A program made the position numbers and the translations under genes. Below, in pieces: positions 60,558-64,000 of a DNA stretch of 64,000 nucleotides (position 1 is the stretch's first letter; every line of letters begins with the position of its first letter). The stretch lies in the NCBI GenBank assembly GCA_963718995.1, contig CAVRAP010000008.1, positions 1,236 to 65,235 of the forward strand, in the 5' to 3' direction. Origin of the DNA: an uncultured Actinomycetota bacterium (GTDB taxonomy: Bacteria; Actinomycetota; Acidimicrobiia; Spongiisociales; UBA4744). The notes below the pieces were generated by a model. It searched no databases and had not been told where the DNA came from. It saw only the letters and a program-made list of their open reading frames with translations.

Positions 60558-62061
60558 CTTGCGGGAACGCCTCAGCGAATTGGATCGGCTCGATGCACCT
60601 GATATGCGGGTGAGCATCGATCGGCGTGTCGGCGAACTCCAATCTGCCACCCGTGTGTCACTTGTCCATTCAGCAAGTCCGGTGTGGCGGGGTCCGCTGA
60701 TCGCATTGGCGACGGCTGTTGCGGCCATCCTGGTGGTTGCCGCGTCGATGCTGGTGTTGCGGACGGAACAGCCGGACATGGTCGACGAACCGGCTCCCAC
60801 CTCTCCGACAACGATCGAGGCGCCCGAGACGAGCTCTCCGTCGGCGAATCAGGCTCCTCCGAGATCCCCGGCTTATTACGGTGCAGCCCTCATCGAGTGG
60901 ATGTATGGCGTATGTGACGTTGCGGTTGCGCCGGATGGTCTGGTGTACGCGGCGGCCCCGGCGGGGATCGGCTCAATGGACGCAGCGGGCGAGTGGACCC
61001 TGATCGACATTGCCGGACTCCCGCAGGGCAGACCTCTGGACAACGGGTGGCCGGCTCCGAGGATCGGAAACGTCGCCATCGGCCCCGACGGCGCTCTGTG
61101 GGCGGGCGGCACCTCCTGGTCCACCGTCGACGATGAGGAGTTCGGGGGAGTTATCGCCGAGCCGTTGGGCTCCATGGCGCCGGCGGCCCGGTTCAAGACG
61201 TGGGCGGCACGCTACGACTGCGGTCGGGAACCATGCTCGTGGACGGTGTTCACTACGGACGTGGCTCCCGGAACGGACTTCGACATCGGCGATATGGCGG
61301 TGTCGAGCGACGGAACCGTCTACCTCACCACCGGTGACAACCTGTTGCTCATTCTCGACGGGACCGAATGGGAATCCCACACCGTCCCGGGGCTCCCGAC
61401 CGGCTTCGGTAGCGGCGTGTCGCCGTGGTCGAGTTCGCTGGCGATCGATGCCGATGGTGTCGTGTGGGTGGGCACCAACGCCAATGACGATCCGGGGTGG
61501 GGGATCCCCAGCAGCGACTTTCGCGAAGGGCGCGGTCTGTTCGCTTTCGACGGTACCGATTTCACTCGATACACCACCGAGGACGGGCTTCCCAGCGATC
61601 GCGCCTTCCAGGTGTCGGTCGATGCAGATGGAACTATCTGGGTCGCCACCGACGGCCCTGATCACGTGAATCGGATCGTCGGGGAATATGGGTTTGTATG
61701 GTACGAGGGCCCTAACACGAGCCTGCCGCCGGAAGCAGCAGCCGGGATCGCCGGCTTCGACGGCACCACCTGGACCCCTTACACGGCCGCCGACGGACTG
61801 CTGTCGAACAACGCCGTACTGGCTGCAAGCCCTGACGGGACCATGTGGGCTCTTCACTCTGCGACAACCCCCTACGGGTACTCCCACTTCGACGGCACCG
61901 CATGGACCGCCTATCCGGCCGAACTCCCGGCTGGTGCGTTCCGGACCTTCCGGGCAGAAGTTGCTCCCGACGGGACCCTGTGGACGATCTCAGATCAGGG
62001 TGTGGGTAGCTTCGACGGCATCACCCCAACGATCCACACATCACTGTTTCCCCGCCCGTGA
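60550..62061 (+). CDS. anti-sigma-like membrane protein fused to a two-component-regulator-propeller (Reg_prop) beta-propeller domain
   Basis: 8-nt overlap with the ECF sigma; cytoplasmic N-terminus, one TM (LIALATAVAAILVVAASMLVL), Pro/Ser linker, then ~8 repeats of the DG(T/A)(L/V)W...FDG..WT.Y propeller type. Confidence 0.7.
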   Translation: MTDLRERLSELDRLDAPDMRVSIDRRVGELQSATRVSLVHSASPVWRGPLIALATAVAAILVVAASMLVLRTEQPDMVDEPAPTSPTTIEAPETSSPSANQAPPRSPAYYGAALIEWMYGVCDVAVAPDGLVYAAAPAGIGSMDAAGEWTLIDIAGLPQGRPLDNGWPAPRIGNVAIGPDGALWAGGTSWSTVDDEEFGGVIAEPLGSMAPAARFKTWAARYDCGREPCSWTVFTTDVAPGTDFDIGDMAVSSDGTVYLTTGDNLLLILDGTEWESHTVPGLPTGFGSGVSPWSSSLAIDADGVVWVGTNANDDPGWGIPSSDFREGRGLFAFDGTDFTRYTTEDGLPSDRAFQVSVDADGTIWVATDGPDHVNRIVGEYGFVWYEGPNTSLPPEAAAGIAGFDGTTWTPYTAADGLLSNNAVLAASPDGTMWALHSATTPYGYSHFDGTAWTAYPAELPAGAFRTFRAEVAPDGTLWTISDQGVGSFDGITPTIHTSLFPRP

Positions 62062-62086
62062 CAACAAACAGCTAGGAGGTGTGAAC

Positions 62087-62668
62087 GTGCCGGGCCAACT
62101 CCGCACCCCGACCAGGAGATGGATGTCATGGAGGCACTTTGTGAGACATCGTGCGGTTCTTCTACTGCCTGTTCTTACCCTGATTCTTGGAGCGTGTGGC
62201 GCCAGTTCCATCACAGGAGATCGGACCTTCGTCTACGGGACTGGCAACTGCGACTGCAACTTCGCTTCGGCGACCGCCGAGGGTGATACACAGATCCTCA
62301 ATGGAACGTGTGTCTGCATAACTCACCTATCCGACCCGAGAGTCAATGGGTACGAAGAAATCCCTATGACCCTGACCATGTTTCCGGACCAGACCCCGGA
62401 AGTGCACTGGTTCGAGTACAACGACGCAACCCTCACCAGCGAAGAAGCCACATGGGGCAAAGGCGAGGGCTTCGGCAGTGAGTTCTTCGACAAGAGTGGC
62501 GGCTTGCTGACTAGTGGATACGCCAGATACCTCGGTGAAGGTACGTTTGACGGTCTCGTGTACGAGTACTTCTACTCGCAGGCTCCCGCCTTCGCTTCGG
62601 AGGACGACCCCCACGAGGGCTATCGGATCTCTGGATGGATCATGCAGGTCCCGGACGAAAAAAACTGA
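62087..62668 (+). CDS. secreted lipoprotein, Cys-rich N-terminal region (function unknown)
   Basis: Signal peptide with lipobox LILGAC; CDC/C.C motifs; start GTG 62087 or ATG 62123. Confidence 0.55.
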   Translation: MPGQLRTPTRRWMSWRHFVRHRAVLLLPVLTLILGACGASSITGDRTFVYGTGNCDCNFASATAEGDTQILNGTCVCITHLSDPRVNGYEEIPMTLTMFPDQTPEVHWFEYNDATLTSEEATWGKGEGFGSEFFDKSGGLLTSGYARYLGEGTFDGLVYEYFYSQAPAFASEDDPHEGYRISGWIMQVPDEKN

Positions 62669-62804
62669 ACCGCCCCATATCACGGGAATCTCGCACCAAA
62701 AAGAGCATGTCGCCGAGTGTCCCCGAGCGGCACGTCGGCGTGTGCTCGTCTGGGGCCTCATCCGCTCCCGGACATTCGTCACAGCATTACCGAGATGTGG
62801 AATC

Positions 62805-63134
62805 ATGCGCAACGTGATGCAACCTACGCTTCGCGCTACCACGGAGTCCGGGGCCGTCTGGGACGATCCTTCGGAGGATCTGCTCTTCGAACTGCTCTCC
62901 GATGTGGAACAAGGAAGAGAGTTGTTTCTCGTTATTCACCGACTCGGCGCTACCGACATGTACATCCAGGTCTTATTGCAAGACGAATGGACTTACCTCG
63001 TCGAGCACCGTGATGGGGGACCGTCATCGCATTTCGCTGCGACGTCCCACGACAAGCGGACCGTGCACGAGGTCCTCACGACATGGGCCTACCAGCTTCC
63101 CGGTGGACGAGCCTGCTCGGTTGGACGTCCGTGA
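62805..63134 (+). CDS. hypothetical small cytoplasmic protein (109 aa)
   Basis: ORF from an internal ATG; no recognisable domain. Confidence 0.45.
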   Translation: MRNVMQPTLRATTESGAVWDDPSEDLLFELLSDVEQGRELFLVIHRLGATDMYIQVLLQDEWTYLVEHRDGGPSSHFAATSHDKRTVHEVLTTWAYQLPGGRACSVGRP

Positions 63135-63156
63135 GTTTCTAGCTAGAGCCGTCACG

Positions 63157-63204
63157 CCGTGAAGGTGCTGGTCAGGTCCTCGAACAGAAATAGCTCATCC
63201 ATGG
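63157..63204 (-). pseudogene. 15-codon remnant of a DUF4956 gene N-terminus (MDELFLFEDLTSTFT-A-stop) at the boundary of the duplicated segment
   Basis: Identical to codons 1-15 of the gene at 58635, then diverges into a stop. Confidence 0.5.
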
Positions 63205-64000
63205 GTTCTTACCTTTCGTAGGTTCAGTCGTTGGTCGTCAAAGAAGAAGATCGAGCGGGGGGTCAGTTCGGCCGCTTCGAGGCTCTGGCAATACTTCGAG
63301 ATCCGGATCAGCTCGCAGTCGTGGCGGGCAACCAGCTCGGTCAGCCAGAAGGGGATGCGTTCATTGACCTTGACCTCCATGACCTCCCACGAAGGGTTGA
63401 TGGCCGGCAGGCCCGGCCCGGGAGAGGTCAGGTCGAGGTCCCGGGAGCGGTACCGGATGTCTTTGTCGAAGGTGACCCGGAGGCCTGGATCGGGCTCCCG
63501 GCCCACGTACGCCTCTCTCTCGTAGAGCGTGATCACCGCCCGCCGTAAGTCGTAGTACAGGGTCATGGAGGCAATCTCGTCATAGGTGGCCGTGTCCCTC
63601 GGGTCATGTGGGGGGACGATCCCGGAACCACACAGCGCCAGCGCCTCGGCGAGTGGCGCGACGATGCGCCGTTTCTGGGTCACCCGATTGACCCGCTGCT
63701 TGATCTCGGCGAACACCATGGTCGATGGCTCCGGAGCCGGGTCGTAGGAGCGGATTCTGAGCTTCCGACGGAACTTGATCCCGTCGAGTTTTTCCCAATA
63801 GAACCGGTGGTCTTCGGTGTCGTAGTACAACGATGCCAACGGATACGAACCGGTCGGTCCTGCGTGCGGGTCGAGGTCGACGTAGTGCACCAAGTCATCC
63901 CGAAAGGCGTTCGCCTGGTCCGACGTCAACAGATATTTGAGCTCGAACCGGTTGAACGACCGCACCGCGCTCGTCGGGTTGGGGTTGATGCTCAGGTGCG
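63195..64000 (-). CDS. second copy of the VTC-domain protein gene (5' end may run off the window)
   Basis: Protein identical to copy A over 256 aa; GTG at 63965 corresponds to internal Val of copy A; the upstream ATG of copy A would lie at ~64010. Confidence 0.75.
   Translation of the reverse strand, partial: HLSINPNPTSAVRSFNRFELKYLLTSDQANAFRDDLVHYVDLDPHAGPTGSYPLASLYYDTEDHRFYWEKLDGIKFRRKLRIRSYDPAPEPSTMVFAEIKQRVNRVTQKRRIVAPLAEALALCGSGIVPPHDPRDTATYDEIASMTLYYDLRRAVITLYEREAYVGREPDPGLRVTFDKDIRYRSRDLDLTSPGPGLPAINPSWEVMEVKVNERIPFWLTELVARHDCELIRISKYCQSLEAAELTPRSIFFFDDQRLNLRKVRTHG

Overview
This is a high-GC actinobacterial chromosome segment spanning the replication origin. The gene order matches Mycobacterium closely, which anchors most calls.

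Backbone, left of the origin (+ strand): MviN-type pseudokinase (5' partial), SigM-like ECF sigma, anti-sigma, trxB, trxA, cwlM. On the minus strand: parB, parA, rsmG, jag, yidC, yidD, rnpA, rpmH.

Origin: dnaA, then oriC (DnaA boxes plus an AT-rich unwinding element), then dnaN, recF, a DUF721 gene, gyrB, gyrA and a DUF3566 gene.

Further right: a hypothetical gene, a B12-riboswitch-controlled btuFCD-like ABC importer, MscS, a HisA-like paralog, tRNA-Ile, a methyltransferase, tRNA-Ala and a thiolase. Then comes the crgA, trpG, pknB, pbpA, rodA, pstP, fhaB, fhaA, tRNA-Leu block, followed by serS, an unannotated SRP RNA, four tRNA-Ser genes interleaved with arcA and tadA, a DUF4242-adenylate cyclase fusion, an MtfA-family peptidase, a DUF885-metH operon behind a SAM-I riboswitch, and tRNA-Arg.

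The best accessory candidate lies downstream of tRNA-Arg. A ~7-kb block is bounded by a 40-bp direct repeat of the tRNA 3' half. It carries an MFS transporter and a five-gene operon (VTC/CYTH-like protein, DUF4956 membrane protein, secreted CotH-family kinase, OmpR-type regulator, histidine kinase). The operon is preceded by two clusters of 10-bp-phased TGTGGACG direct repeats. No integrase is visible.

Beyond the repeat sits a second module: an ECF sigma, an anti-sigma fused to a beta-propeller, and a lipoprotein. It is followed by a near-identical duplicate (>=844 bp) of the VTC gene that runs off the window edge.

Caveat: several essential genes (parA twice, dnaN, gyrB, plus the histidine kinase) carry apparent single-base frameshifts. 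These are most likely sequencing indels, not biology. ORF-level calls should be read with that in mind.
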